A DNA stretch of 64,000 nucleotides from Hemiscyllium ocellatum (GCF_020745735.1 NC_083406.1:122985164-123049163); one strand, 5' to 3'. Counted from the first letter of the stretch, positions 1 through 13,228 are shown. Made by a program: numbers and translations. Notes: a model not told the origin generated them from the sequence alone.

Positions 1-1719
1 CCTGTCCATGGCTTTTCTTGATGCCTCCAGTTACCCGCCCCCTAAACACTGTCTCACTCACCATAACACCAGCCTTAAACCCCCCCAATTATGTTTCTTA
101 AAAGCAACTTCTTTGCTGGTTCAGTTGTTCAGTTTGTCATGCATCCACTCATTTTCAGTAGTGTGCTTCAATTTTATTTATTCTCCTGCTCAGCAAATTG
201 CTTGTTCCTCGATTTGAGTTTTCCAACAGCCCAGACCTAAAGACTACTGGCTGAGCAGAAGAGGACAAATATATTAAGCAAAATTCTGAAACTGAATAAC
301 AGGAAAATTGCAAACTTAACGATATCACTAAATAGAATTGCTAGCTCAAGTTTATAACTCTGCACGTAATTTGTTAAAATTCATATCACTGAAACCAAGA
401 AATAAAGTGCCTTCTTCAGTATCTGAAAATGTTTGAAACAAACAAGGGGACACTAAACTGAGAGATTATCCTTTTAGAACAGAAAAGATTTGTTTCTGAG
501 GGTTGTGCAACTTCAGCACACTGCTCCAGAAGATGCTGGAGGCATTTATTGAATCTACCTCGGCCTTAAAAATATTAATTCTTTTAAATCGGGGAAATCA
601 AACATTACAAGGGCAAATGAAGATGTGGAATTCAAAACAAAATGAGCAGCCTTGGTCTTAAATGACAGGTCAACCTCAAAAAGCCAATGACCTACTCCTG
701 TGAATGCATATATATGCAGCCCTAGGGAAAAGGGAGGACTGCAGATGAGTCAAGTGTGGTATTTGCTGGAAAAGCACAACAGGTCAGGCAGCACCCGAGG
801 AGCAGGAGAATCGATAATTCAGGCAAAAGCCCTTCATTGGAGTTTTGTTGGAACCTCAATGGTCTGAAACAGAAATTGACTTTTCTGTTCTCAGAAGCTA
901 ACCTTTGCTGCACATCTTCAACTTAATTCCCATACTCAGTGTGTTACTCTACCAGCTGGGCGAGAGAGATCTGAGTGAATTAACTATATGAATTGTCACA
1001 ACATTTATTCAGCATTTAACTGTAATAGAACACCCCAACTACAAAACAAAAGCTACCACCGCAGATGAAGATATTTAGATAAATGAAAATAAACAGGCTT
1101 TAAGGAGAGCCTCAAAGTAGGAAAACAAGTTAGAAACTTGAACAAATTACAGAACTTAGTGCCTGAGAAACTGAACGAACAAAGGCAGGGTAATTAAAAT
1201 TTGAGATGCTCAAGAGACCAGAATTAGGAATATTAGGATTGCAAAACCAGAGATTACATACAGGAAGGATACAGTTAAGAAATTTCAAAACAAAGATGAG
1301 AACTTTAAAACTGAAATGCTACCTGACTGGTTAGCACATGTCAGCAAGTACAGTACTGACAAACAATACTGCAAATTCAGGCACAATCGGCATAGATAAT
1401 TAACAGGCATTTATAGTTATGGTTATTTTACCAAAAAAAGTCTTTATTTCCTCAAATATGCAAATACTGTGTATATTAAGAAAAAACAGAACCATGCAAC
1501 ACCTCTAAGGTTCACTGTACTGCTTTAGTGGGCCTTAGAAATGTTCTGCTCACAAACACAAAGATAGTGCTCAAGGTAGACGTGCGACATCGGTACTTTC
1601 TTTATTTTTAACTGTACTGGCTTAGAGCCCGCCAAGTTTGAAGAGTGTAAACATACCGCGTTGCAGAGGTCAGGAGCTACACTTTATTAAGGATAGGTCA
1701 GGCTTATAGAACCAGATGG

Positions 1720-1846
1720 GACAAAGTGAGGACTACAGATGCTGGGGTATCAGAGCTGAAAATGTGTTGCTGGAAAAGCACAGCAGGTAAGGCAGCATCC
1801 AAGGAACAGGAGATTCGACGTTTCGGGCATAAGCCCTTCATCAGGA
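1720..1846 (-). mobile_element. Solo Penelope pLTR insertion with intact minimal hammerhead (1813-1848)
   Basis: 14-bp TSD ATAGAACCAGATGG (1706-1719, 1847-1860); minus strand reads ATTC CTGATGA AGGGCTTATGCCC GAAAC GTC GAAT. Confidence 0.85.
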
Positions 1847-2239
1847 ATAGAACCAGATGGCTGGATCAGTGACATATGTTATGGTTTACCGTGAGAACAC
1901 AGCTGCGTAACTGAGGAAGCGAAAGGCCACGTCGGCCATCTGCTCATCTGGAAAGGCACCAGGCCAGAAGCCCGGACGCGGGGTGCCGCTTGATGCTTCT
2001 CCATTACCCGGGGCTGCAGATAGCTGCGTTCGGAGCGGACTGGCAAGTGACCGTCCGCCGTTACCGCCCGAAAATAAAACACCCAACTTATCTCTCTCTT
2101 CCCAACTCCCGTCGTGGAAGAGAAACCTCAGACCGATAAAATGAGGCTTCGCGAAAAAATACTTTTCACAACAGGGGGGAAAATATATATAATTTTGTCC
2201 GTATATTGCTGGATAGAAAAGGACATCCACTCGACTCAC

Positions 2240-2278
2240 TTTGGACAGAAAACCGCTTTTTCCGCTCTTCGCCGCCAT
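2240..2278 (-). CDS. SPCS2: Signal peptidase complex subunit 2, first coding exon (MAAKSGKSGFLSK); no downstream exon recognised in 1-2239, so the rest probably lies left of the window
   Basis: ATG at 2278, 13 codons, then canonical donor AAA|GTGAGT. Peptide resembles the vertebrate SPCS2 exon-1 end (human ...SGRSGLLDK|WKIDD). Head-to-head with XRRA1 as in mammals. Confidence 0.8.
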
Positions 2279-2280
2279 CT

Positions 2281-2810
2281 TGTCTCCTTCGGCCGTCCGC
2301 GAAGGGGGAGGGGCGGGGTAGAATAACGGTCACGAACGCCACGCGTGTTCACGGGATCCAGCCAATCCCAGACCGAGCCGACCCTCGTGCGTCACAGGTG
2401 AGCGCGCGGCAACATCACGGCACGTGACACGAGGTGCGACTGCGGTTGGCGGATTGCGTTTGGGCCAGCCTTGGGCGGGAGGAACGTAAGGACTACATAT
2501 CCCAGGGTCCATGGCGCGTGGCTCCCCATCTCCAAGGGCCGGGCCGGTCGTGCAGGGTATTGCGGGAGATGTATGCTCATGTCCGGAAAGGTTTGTGGGT
2601 GGTACTCGTCTTTGAAATCTCTCTTTCGCCCAGGCTGGATGGTGTGGTGGTTGCCATAGTGACGATAGCCGATTGCTGAAAATTCACCATTCAGGCTGAA
2701 GCCGCGCAATTCCAAGGCAGAATAATCATCCTCGGACAGAAAAGAAAAACATCAGCTAAGCAGCGCTGAACCTTTAAGTACAGATGGTGTCTGTCAGTCA
2801 CTGCAGGTAA
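2281..2810. promoter_or_regulatory. CpG-island bidirectional promoter SPCS2/XRRA1
   Basis: CpG-rich stretch with GC box GGGCGGGG (2311-2318), CCAAT (~2362), E-box CACGTGAC (2421-2428), ZNF143/THAP11-type ACTACATATCCCAG (2492-2505) and RFX X-box GTTGCCATAGTGAC (2650-2663). Candidate XRRA1 5' exon donor CAG|GTAAAG at 2806/2807. Confidence 0.75.
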
Positions 2811-3220
2811 AGGTGGACAGCGTCCTGACTGTGTACCTGGAGGAGGAATGGTTTCCTGTCATCATGTAATATAGTCTGGGAGATTTTACAAAGTCATGCG
2901 GATTATCGTGTCCACGCTGGTCATCAAAGATCCTATTCTAATCCCATTTTCCAGCATTTGGCCCTTAGCCTTGGATGCAATGGCCTTTCAAGAGGTCGTC
3001 AAAATAGTTGTTCCATAATAGTTGTTCCATGTCTGAGTTTCCTTCTCAATTTCCCCCTCAATTCCTCTCCTTGTTTTGAAACTGTACCTTCTGGTATTGA
3101 TTCCTCTGCTAAGGGGAAAAGGTCTCCTCCTCTCTGCTCACATCAGAACTTTGTTCATCTCAATCAAATCCCTCCTCAGTCTTTTCTGCTCTAAGGTAAA
3201 CAATTTAAGTCTACCTAATC

Positions 3221-3535
3221 TTTTTTTTAGATTAGACTTACAGTGTGGAAACAGGCCCTTCGGCCCAACAAGTCCACACCGACCCGCCGAAGCGAAACCC
3301 ACCCATACCCCTACATTTACCCCTTACCTAACACTACGGGCAATTTAGCATGGCCAATTCACCTGACCCGCACATCTTTGGACTGTGGGAGGAAACCGGA
3401 GCACCCGGAGGAAACCCACGCAGACACGGGGAGAACGTGCAAACTCCACACAGTCAGTCACCTGAGTCGGGAACTGAACCCGGGTCTCAGGTGCTGTGAG
3501 GCAGCAGTGCTAACCACTGTGCCACCGTGCCGCCC
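3221..3535 (-). mobile_element. HE1-like tRNA-derived SINE
   Basis: A box TGGCACAGTGG, B-box-like GGTTCAGTTCC, CR1-type tail ending in TCTAA repeats. Confidence 0.85.
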
Positions 3536-4329
3536 ACTAACGCCCATTCTTCTTGGTTGAATTGCTCTGGATCAGGCAACATTTCTGATGTACCTCTTCT
3601 GCACCTCGAGTGCAATCACATCCTTCCTGAATTAGCGTGGTGATAGCCCATTCTCTCTCTCTCTTCATTGTGGAAAGAAAACAAGGAAAGAGACCAGTTG
3701 GAATACCCTGCTTGGTGGCAGTGAGAAAGTCAAATTGCAGATGCCAGCCTGCATAAGCAGACTCAGGTTGGGGTAACTTGGATAGGAAACCACCTGTGAA
3801 TGAATACCAAGTGCTGGCAGCTTTTGTTGCTAGCAGAGGTTGCAGCTGCACAGCAGTCCACAGGTGAAGGTCACTTGTCCCTCAAGACTGCTCTGCTGTT
3901 CAATGGCTGATCTGACTACTCCACATTCCCACAAACTCGCTTCTCTGACAACCTTTCACCTACCTGCTTATCAAATATCTATCTAACACTAAGTATATTC
4001 AAGGCTGAGATAGACAGTTATTTAATCAGTAAAGGAGTCCACGGTTATGTGAATTAGGTATAAATGATCAGATCAGCTATGATCTCATTGAATGACAGAG
4101 CAGACTCAATGGGGAGAACAGGCTACTTTATTCCTACATCTTATGGTCACCTTTTTTCACTCTGCTATATAATTGACAGACAGACATGTTGCTGCTTTTT
4201 TTGTCCTTTTGTCTTTCCTTGACCATTCAGTGCCTCAAATCTGCTTAATTATACAATTAGACTGTGATTCCTATGTACCTGAGCTCCACTTATGCAGCCT
4301 TTGAGTGTCATGACTTTATGTACTTTCGA

Positions 4330-6590
4330 CAGCTTTCACTAAATTGAAGGCAATAAGTCAAATTATGATATTGTTGCTTTTACAGAAACATGGATGAAAG
4401 AGGGACAGGATTGGCAGCTTAATGTTCCAGGGTATCATTGTTTTAGAGGCCGGAAGCAAAAGAAATGGGGAATTGCATTAGTGCTTATGAGTGTATCACA
4501 GCTGTGTCCAGAGAGGACAAGGGATCCTGCAGCAAGACATTTTGGTAGAGCTCAGGAATAGGAAAGGTGCAAACACAATGCTGGGATTGCACTACAAACT
4601 TCCCAGCTGCCAGTGGGAGATAGAGGAAGAGGTATGTAGTCAGATTCTGGAAAAACGTGAAAATACCAGGGATATTGTGGTGGGTGATTTTAACTTCCCC
4701 CATATTGGTTGGGACTCCCTTAGTATTAGACGTTTATATCAAATTGAGATCAATTTGTTAGGGTTGTCCAGGAGGGAGTTTTAAAACAGTATGTGAATAG
4801 GCCCAATGAGGGAGGTTGCTGTACTGGACCAGATATTGGGAAATGAGCCTGGTCAGGTGATTAAAGTGTCAATGGCAGAGCATTTTGGGAATAGTGACCA
4901 TAATTCTGTAAGTTTTTGAATGCTTATGGATAAGGACAAAAGTGGACTTTGGATGAAGATATTAAATTGGAGGAAGGCCAACGATAACTGAATTATGCAA
5001 GAATTGAAGAATGTAGATTGGGAGTGGCTGTTTGAAGGTAGTAAATCCACATCAGACATGTGGGAGTCTTTTAAAGATCAATTGATTAGAGTGTAGGACA
5101 TGTATGTTCCTGTGAAAATGAAGGACAGGAATGGCAGGATTCAGGAACCTTGGATGATAGGGAAAATTGTCAGTTTAGTAAAAAAAAACAGCATACCTAA
5201 GGTCTAGGCAACTAAAAACAGACAGAGTTCTTGAAAAATATAGAGAAAGTAGGAAGGAGCTCAAAAGGGGAGTTAAGAGGGCTAAAAGTGGCAGTGAAGT
5301 GTCCTTGGCCAGCAGAGTTAAGGAGAATCCTGAGACATTTTATATGTAAGGAGCAAGAGGGTACCTATAGAAATAGTAGGCCCACGCAAGGGTAAAGGAG
5401 GGAGGTTATGTGTGAGCCAGAGGAAATTGCGTGAGATCCTTAATGAGAACTTTACATCAGTATTTACTAAAGAACGGGACATAAGGGGTGTTGAGGTTAG
5501 GAAAAGTGTGCAAATACTCTTGGGCAGGTCAACATAAGGAAGGAGGAAGTGTTAGGTGTCTTGAAATGCATTAAGTTAGATAAGTCCTCAGGGCCAGATG
5601 GGATCTATCCTGGATTACTGTGGGAGGCAAGAGAGGAAGTAGCTGGGGCCTTAACAGATCTTTGCAAACTGCTTGGCCTTGGGCAAGGTTTCAGAGAACC
5701 AGAGAATGGCCAATGGTGTTCCTTTGTTTAAAATGTGAAACCGAGATAATCTATGTAATTGCAGATTGGTGAGGCTCGCGTCAGTGGTGGGGAATCTGTT
5801 GGAGAAGATACTGAGAGATGGGATTTATTCACATTAGGAAGCAAATGGACTTGTTAGAATTAGAATTAGGTTTTATGTCATGTGTATTCAAGTGTAAAAT
5901 ACAGGAATATAATGAAAAGTGTACAATGTTGCCACACATAGCAAAGTACCTAGTTACAAACCTTAGGTACTAAAATAGATCAGGTACAAAAATAGAGAAA
6001 TAAAGGAAAAAAACTAAAAGTTCTACATTGCAGTTCTTCATAGAATAAATTAGGAAAATATACAAATAAAATTAAAAGATAGACCTTGCAGTCCTTCACT
6101 AGCCTGCAATCGTTCCACGCTGGAGGCTTTCCACATGTGGTCTCACTCCCCCACACTGAGCCAGGGGTTTGTGTAGGGAATGTCGTGTATCACCACCTTG
6201 ATTGAGTCTTTTGAAGAGGTGACAAGAATGATTGATGAGAATCCCAGATAGAGTGTATTGTCAGAAGCTTTTTTGCAGGTTGGAAAGGTCAATTACAAAA
6301 GGGCACAGGTTCAAGGTGAGAAGGGGAAAGTTTAGGGGAGAAGTGTGGGGAAAATATTTCACCTAGAAGGTGATGGAATACAATGCCAGTGGAGGTGGTG
6401 GATAAGGCATATTAGTAATGTTTAAGGTATACCTTGATAGATACGTGAATGGGAGGGAACAGTGGGATAGAAACTGAGTCTGGGTAACAAGTAGCAGGTC
6501 TAAATAAGGATTAGGAATCGGCACAGGCTTGGTGGGCTAAAGGGCTTGTTTCTGTGCTGTATTGTATTGTATTATATTTCAGGTTTATGC
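4330..6590 (+). mobile_element. Degraded CR1 LINE ORF2 (endonuclease to 3' end), interrupted
   Basis: VVGDFNFP and KSSGPDGIYP motifs, many stops, CR1-type 3' UTR. Confidence 0.8.
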
Positions 6591-7301
6591 AAGATGATGT
6601 GCTGAAGATTCCCAAAGCAGCAAGGTTGTAAAATTTAGAGGCAAGGTTTTGAAACACAATGGATAATCTTAGTCTCTGAGCCAGGAGCTCTGGGTTCAAG
6701 TCTACACTCTGGGATTTGATGGGCCAGAAAAAGCATGTTTTTAAAAAGGTCAAACAGTTAAATAGCAATTTTTAAATCCTTCCAAAAGATCCCAGTGGCA
6801 GGTTGTTAAAATGTGAGAAGATCCTGGTTAAACATATGAGACGTAGGAGCTGAAGTACCCCATTCAACCCATCGGGTCTGCTGCGCAATTCAGTGAGATC
6901 ATGGCTGATCTGATCATTCACATCTCCACTTTTCTGCTTTTTCCCCATAACCCTCAATTCCCTCACTGATTAAAATCTACCTCAGTCTTGAATATACGTA
7001 ATGACCCAGCTTTCATAGCCCTCTGTGGTTAAGTATTCCATGGATTCACTACCCTCTAAGAATAGAAATTCCTCCTCATCTCTGTGTTAAATAGGTGACC
7101 CCTTATTCTAGGATTATGTCCACTGTTCCCAGACTCCCTCACAAAGGGAAACAACCCTTATGCATCTATTCTGTCCAAGTCCTTTCAGAACCTTGTATAT
7201 TTAAACAAGATCACCTCTCATTCTTTTAAATTTCCAACCTACTCAACTCAGAAACTGAACTAGACTAGCTAAATAAATGCAATTGCTACAAGAGCAAGTC
7301 A

Positions 7302-9700
7302 GAGTCAAAGAGATGTACAGCATGGAAACAAACCCTTCGGTCCAACCCATCCATGCCGACCAGAATTCTAACCCAATCTCGTTCCACCTGCCAGCGCCTG
7401 GCCCATATCCCTCCAAACCCTTCCTATTCATATTCCCATCCAAATGCCTCTTAAATGTTGCAATTGTACCAGCCTCCACCACTTCCTCTGGCAGCTCATT
7501 CCATACATGTGTGAAAAAGTTGCCTCTTAGGTGTCTTTTATATCTTTCCCCTCTCACCCTAAACCCATGCCCTCTAGTTCTGGACTCCCCAAACCCAGAG
7601 AAAAGACTTTGTCTATTTATCCTATCCATGCCCCTCATAATTTTGTAAACCTCTATAAGGCCACCCCTCAGCCTCCGATGCTCCAGGGAAAACAGTCCCA
7701 GCCTGTTCAGCCTCTCCCTGTAGCTCAGATCCTCCAACCCTGGCAACATCCTTGTAAATCTTTTCTGAACCCTTTCAAGCTTCACAGCATCTTTCCAATA
7801 GGAAGGAGACCAGAATTGCATGCAATATTCCAACAGTGACCTAACCAATGTCCTGTACAGCCGTAAAATGATCTCCCAACTCCTGTACTCAATACTCTGA
7901 CCAATAAAAGAAAGCATACCAAACGCCTTCTTCACTATCCTATCTACCTGCGACTCGACTTTCAAGGAGCTATGAACCTGCACTCCAAGGTCTCTTTGTT
8001 CAGCAACACTCCCTAGGACCTTATCATTAAGTGTATAAGTCCTTCTAAGATTTGCTTTCCCAAAATGCAGCACCTCGCATTTATCTGAATTATACTCCAA
8101 TTGCCACTTCTCAGCCCATTGGCCCATCTGCTCCAGATCCTGTTGCAATCTGAGATAACCCTCTTCGCTGTCCACTACACCTCCAATTTTGGTGTCAGCT
8201 GTACCTCTTATGCTCGCATTCAAATCATTTATGTAAATGACAAAAAGTAGAGGAACCAGCACCAATCCTTGTGGCCCTCCACTGGTCATAGGCCTCCAGT
8301 CTGAAAAACAACCCTCCACCACCACCCTCTGTCTTCTACCTTTGAGCCAGTTCTGTATTCAAATGGCTAGTTCTCCCTGTATTCCATGAGATCTATTCTT
8401 ACTAATCAGTCTCCCATGGGAAACCTTGTAGAACGCCTTACTGAAGTCCATATAGATCACATCTACTGCTCTGCCCTCATCAATCTTCTTTGTTACTTCT
8501 TCAAAAAACTCAATCAAGTTTGTGAGACATGATTTCCCACGCACAAAGCCATGTTGACTATCCCGAAAGAGTCCTTGTCTTTCTAAATACATGTACATCC
8601 TGTCCTTCAGGATTCCCTCTAACAACTTGCCCACCACCGAGGTCAGGCTCACCGGTCTATAGTTCCCTAGCTTGTCTTTACTGCCCTTCTTAAACAGTGG
8701 CACCACGTTTGCCAACCTCCAGTCTTCCGGCACCTCATCTGTGACTATCAATGATACAAATATCTCAGCAAGAGGCCCAGCAATCACGTCTCTAGCTTCC
8801 CACAGAGTTCTTGGGTACATCTGATCAGGTTCTGGGGATTTATCCACCTTTAACCATTGCAAGACATTCAACACTTCCTCTTCTGTAAACTGGACATTTT
8901 GCAAGATGTCACCATCTATTTCCCTACAGTCTATGTCTTCCATATCATTTTCCATAGTAAATACTGATGCAAAATACTCTTTTCGTATCTCCCCCATTTT
9001 CTGCAGCTCCACACAAAGGCCGCCTTGCTGATCTTTGAGGGACCCTATTCTCTCCCTAGTTACCCTTTTGTCCTTAATATATTTGTAAAAGCCCTTTGGA
9101 TTCTCCTTAATTCTGTTTGCCAAAGCTATCTCATGTACCTGTTTTGCCCTCCTCATTTCCCTCTTGAGTATAAAGAAAGTAGGAGTATACTTTTCTAAGG
9201 ATTCACTCGATCTATCCTGTCTGTACCTGACATATGCTTCCTTCTTTTTCTTAACCAAACCCTCAATTTCTTTAGTCATCCAGCATTTCCTATACCTACC
9301 AGCCTTCCCTTTCACCCTGACAGGAATATACTTTCTCTGGATTCTTGTTATCTCATTTCTGAAGGCTTCCTATTTTTAAGCCATTTCTTTGCCTATGAAC
9401 ATCTGCCTCCAATCAGCTTTCGAAAGTTCTTGCCTAATACAATCAAAATTGGCCTTTCTCCAATTTAGAACTTCAACTTTTAGATCTTTTTCCATCACTA
9501 TTTTAAAACAAATAGAATTATGGTCACTGGCCCCAAAGTGCTGCCCCACTGACACCTCAGTCACCTGCCCTGCCTTATTTCCCAAGAGTAAGTCAAGTTT
9601 TGCACCTTCGCTAGTCGGTACATCCGCATATTGAATCAGAAAATTGTCTTGTACACACTTAAGAAATTCCTCTCCATCTAAACCTTTAACACTATGGCAG
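7302..9700 (-). mobile_element. CR1-clade LINE (HER1-like), 5'-truncated ORF2
   Basis: ORFs 8359-9315 (PEDWRLANVVPLFKKG, QHGFVRGKSCLTNL, DFSKAF) and 7243-8325 (YINDL; FADD motif damaged); 3' tail at ~7302. Confidence 0.92.
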
Positions 9701-11287
9701 AGGCTAGCAGTAAGTTACTTCTTGATTTCACAAAGCTTGTCCACCATTTACCCACTTGCCTGCATGAAAGTAGCTCCAACAACACTTATGAAGATTGATA
9801 CCAAGCAGGACAAAGCAATCCACTTTATTGGCACCACATCTACAAAAATCCATTCCCTTCACCAACAGTCGCAGTAGTGTGTACCATTGACAAGCTGCTG
9901 TGCAGAAATTCCCCAAGGCTCCTTAAACAGCACCTTCCAAACTCATGACCACTTCCATATTTAAGGACAAGAACACCATCATCTGCAAATTTGCCTCCAA
10001 GCCACTCACTATTCTGACTTGGAAATATATCATTGTTCCTTTACTGTAACTGGCTCAAGATCCTGGAACTCCCTCCCTAACTGCATTGTGGGTTTCCCTA
10101 TAGCACATGGACTGCAGTGGTGTGAGAAGGCAGCTCATCAACGCTGGGCAATAAATTGTGGCCCAGCCACAAGTGAATAAAAGTAAACTCTCCTGATAAG
10201 ACAGTCCCTCCATAATTAGACTCATCCCACTGAACCTTCTCTCGACCGCTTCCGCTGCCAGTAAGTCCTTAGATAAGACTTCCAAAAAAGTCACAATATT
10301 CCAGGTTAGACCATCCACAATATGGTCTAACTGTTGTCTTTTATAGTTTTAACAAAACCTCCCTCTTTGTGACCTATTCTTTTCAAAATAAAGGCAAATA
10401 TTCCATTTGACTTCTGTATTACCTGCTGAACCTGTATGCTAGTTTTTTCAGATATATGCATAATGTCTCCTAAATTCCTCTGTACAACATTTCTATTTTG
10501 ATTTTTAAAAGTTTTGGTCTTTTAGATTACAACCTGCAAATATTTCTCTATTTACCTTCAATCTGAAAGTAACCTGTAATAGGTAGTCAAATTAGTAGCT
10601 AACAATAACCAGTGAATTTACAGTTTACCTGTGATTTCATTCTTGTGTTGGGTCCCTAATCTTGGGCTTCAATTATCCTGTTAAAAAAACCTTACAAGTT
10701 ATGAGCCCCCCCAAAAAAAGGCAAGCAAAAAGCACTTCATTCCTCTCTGCACCGAATTCCCACATTGCTACCAAATTCCCTGAACTTGGGCTGTATCTCA
10801 CTCTGGATGTGAACTCTCCTTCCTGACTGTGTGAAACTTACTAATCTATTGAATTAGTAAACTATTGAATTTAAGTGGAGAAACACTGCAGAAAACTAGA
10901 GTCCAAGGATTATTGGTAAATTACTGCCAGTGCAGCTACTATCGCAGTAGCTACTTCATTTATTTTCCGCGGATGTATTCCATCAGGTCAGAGTGACTTA
11001 TTGGTCTTTAGTCCCAACAGTTTTCCTATTACTTTTTCTCAAATAATAGTTATTGTATTTACTTCTTGTCTCCTTTTGCCCCTTGATTATTTAATAATTG
11101 TGGAATGCTTTTAGTGAAGACTGGTGCAAAGCATTGATGGAAAAATATTTGGAGTCTCTTCCATTATTATTCACAGCTCCAGATTACAACATGCATTTAA
11201 AAGTGTACATTCCCACAGAAACTCAGACTCCAGGAGGAGTGGATTGCATGTTGGATGGCTGGAATGGTGACGTGAATCAGATCAATG

Positions 11288-11488
11288 TACAAGTTAAAAA
11301 TCACACAACACCATTTTATAGCCCAACAAGTCTGTTTGGAAGCACTAGCTTTCAGAGCACTGCTCCTTCATCAGGTGGATGAAGGAGCAGTGCTCCAAAA
11401 GCTAGTGCTTCCAATTAAACCTGTTGGGCTATAACCTGGTATTGTGTTTTTTAACTTTGTACACCCCAGTCCAACACTGGCATCTCCA
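11288..11488. mobile_element. Short palindromic pLTR insertion with CUA-type hammerhead (11343-11377, minus); relatives at ~14757-14845 and ~53155-53410
   Basis: TSD AATCAGATCAATG (11275-11287, 11489-11501); minus strand reads CAC CTGATGA AGGAGCAGTGCTCT GAAAG CTA GTG. Confidence 0.8.
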
Positions 11489-11797
11489 AATCAGATCAAT
11501 GGAAACTTCATGGAGTTTGATCCACGTTCCAGATGAGGTAGATTCAGGACCTTTCTCCTTGTCCTACCCATGATGGAGGTTGTATGCTGTGGGTTGGACA
11601 TGTCCCTGGGAGAAGAACTCAAGAAGAAGAAGGAGAAAGATTAGCGAGGGTAGAACTGCTTCAATTTTTGATCTCCTCTCTCTGCAACATCTCTATACAT
11701 TTCACACACTGAATTAATTTGAAGTACTTTGGTATCTAAGCAATGCAGCAGCCTTTTAATAAGCAGCAAAAAAAACTATTATATGACCATGATTTGA

Positions 11798-12187
11798 CTA
11801 CTTTTTTGGGTGAGGTAATGATCTGTGAATCTTTGAAAAGCGAGGAAGGAGGATACCTTGAGAACTCTCTACTCTACTTTGAATATATATTTGCATTACC
11901 TTTTTGAGAAACACATTAAAATTTTTGCCAAGTCCAGCAACCATGAGTTGAATTGGATCCTTTTTCCTGTAGACTGGATTCAGCTTCTCAGCTCTCTTGC
12001 AGTGATTCTGTGTGCGCAAGTGCCTTATGATGTCTTTCTCCCCGTGTCTGGCACAGCTCAAGTAGGTCTCACATACCATGCAGTAAAAGTCCTTGCGACA
12101 CTCTGGAACAGGCTGAATACATTGATATTTGATTGCCCATTCAGTCTTGAAATGGTGGCTGGACTTCTTTTGGCTTTGATATTTCAT
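11798..12187 (-). other. BED/TTF-type zinc-finger ORF (hAT-transposase N-terminus-like), possibly an exon
   Basis: FKTEWAIKY...FYCMVC...HGEKDIIRHLRTQNH fits the F..EW...Y / CxxC / H-x5-H pattern; splice-site-like signals on both sides. Confidence 0.6.
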
Positions 12188-12455
12188 CTTTTCCTACTTC
12201 TCTGCTGAGTTTGACATGGGATTGAAGAGAGGGGGGAAACCAAGAGGCAGACATGGAAATAGAGACTCGAGGGAATTCTCAATCCCTGGAACTCCTGACT
12301 TCACAATTCTTAAACTTTAAAAATTGCTGTGCAGACTATATTTCTCAAGCAAAAATATGTCATGATGCTTCAGGTGCCCTTAGTAAGCTGGGTAGATATA
12401 GCACAGTAACACAGACGTCACAATAACATGCTGTGACAGAGCAAGTGTAAATGCT

Positions 12456-13228
12456 TCGAGTAAAAAATGAGGTCTGCAGATGCTGGAGATCACAGCTGAA
12501 AATGTATTGCTGGTTAAAGCACAGCAGGTTAGGCAGCATCTCAGGAATAGGGAATTCGACGTTTCGGGCATAAGCCCTTCATCAGGAATGAGAGAGAGTA
12601 GCCAAGCAGGCTAAGATAAAAGGTAGGGAGGAGGGACTTGGGGGAGGGGCGATGGAGGTGGGATAGGTGGAAGGAGGTCAAGGTGAGGGTGATAGGCCGG
12701 AGTGGGGTGGGGGCGGAGAGGTCAGTAAGGAGATTGCAGGTTAGGAGGGCGGTGCTGAGTTGAGGGAACCGACTGAGCACTTTCCCACTCCACCGAGGAC
12801 ATGCAGGTCCTTGGACTACTCCACCGGCAGAACATAACAACACGACGGCTGGAGGAGGAGCGCCTCATCTTCTGCCTGGGAACCCTCCATCCACAAGGTA
12901 TGAATTCAGATTTCTCCAGTTTCCTCATATCCCCTCCCCCCACCTTGTCTCAGTCGGTTCCCTCAACTCAGCACCGCCCTCCTAACCTGCAATCTCCTTA
13001 CTGACCTCTCCGCCCCCACCCCAACCCGGCCTATCACCCTCACCTTGACCTCCTTCCACCTATCCCATCTCCATCACCCCTCCCCCAAGTCCCTCCTCCC
13101 TACCTTTTATCTTAGCCTACTTGGCTACTCTCTCTCATTCCTGATGAAGGGCTTATGCTCGAAACGTTGAATTCCCTATTCCTGAGATGCTGCCTAACCT
13201 GCTGTGCTTTAACCAGCAACACGTTTTC
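12456..13228. mobile_element. Palindromic Neptune-type Penelope 3' insertion with a hammerhead in each arm
   Basis: 16-bp TSD AGCAAGTGTAAATGCT (12440-12455, 13229-13244); ~280-bp inverted arms; HHRs at 12554-12589 (-) and 13137-13172 (+). Confidence 0.88.

Noticed and set aside
1886-2239. Remainder of the 130-aa minus ORF after MAAKSGKSGFLSK
   Set aside because: Read-through into SPCS2 intron 1 past a canonical GTGAGT donor.
3243-3560. Recurrent ORFs with LAWPIHLTCTSLDCGRKPEHPEETH (also 33231, 40879, 56594, 58944) and tRNA-like heads
   Set aside because: Antisense translations of one SINE family; the heads are SINE promoters, not complete tRNA genes.
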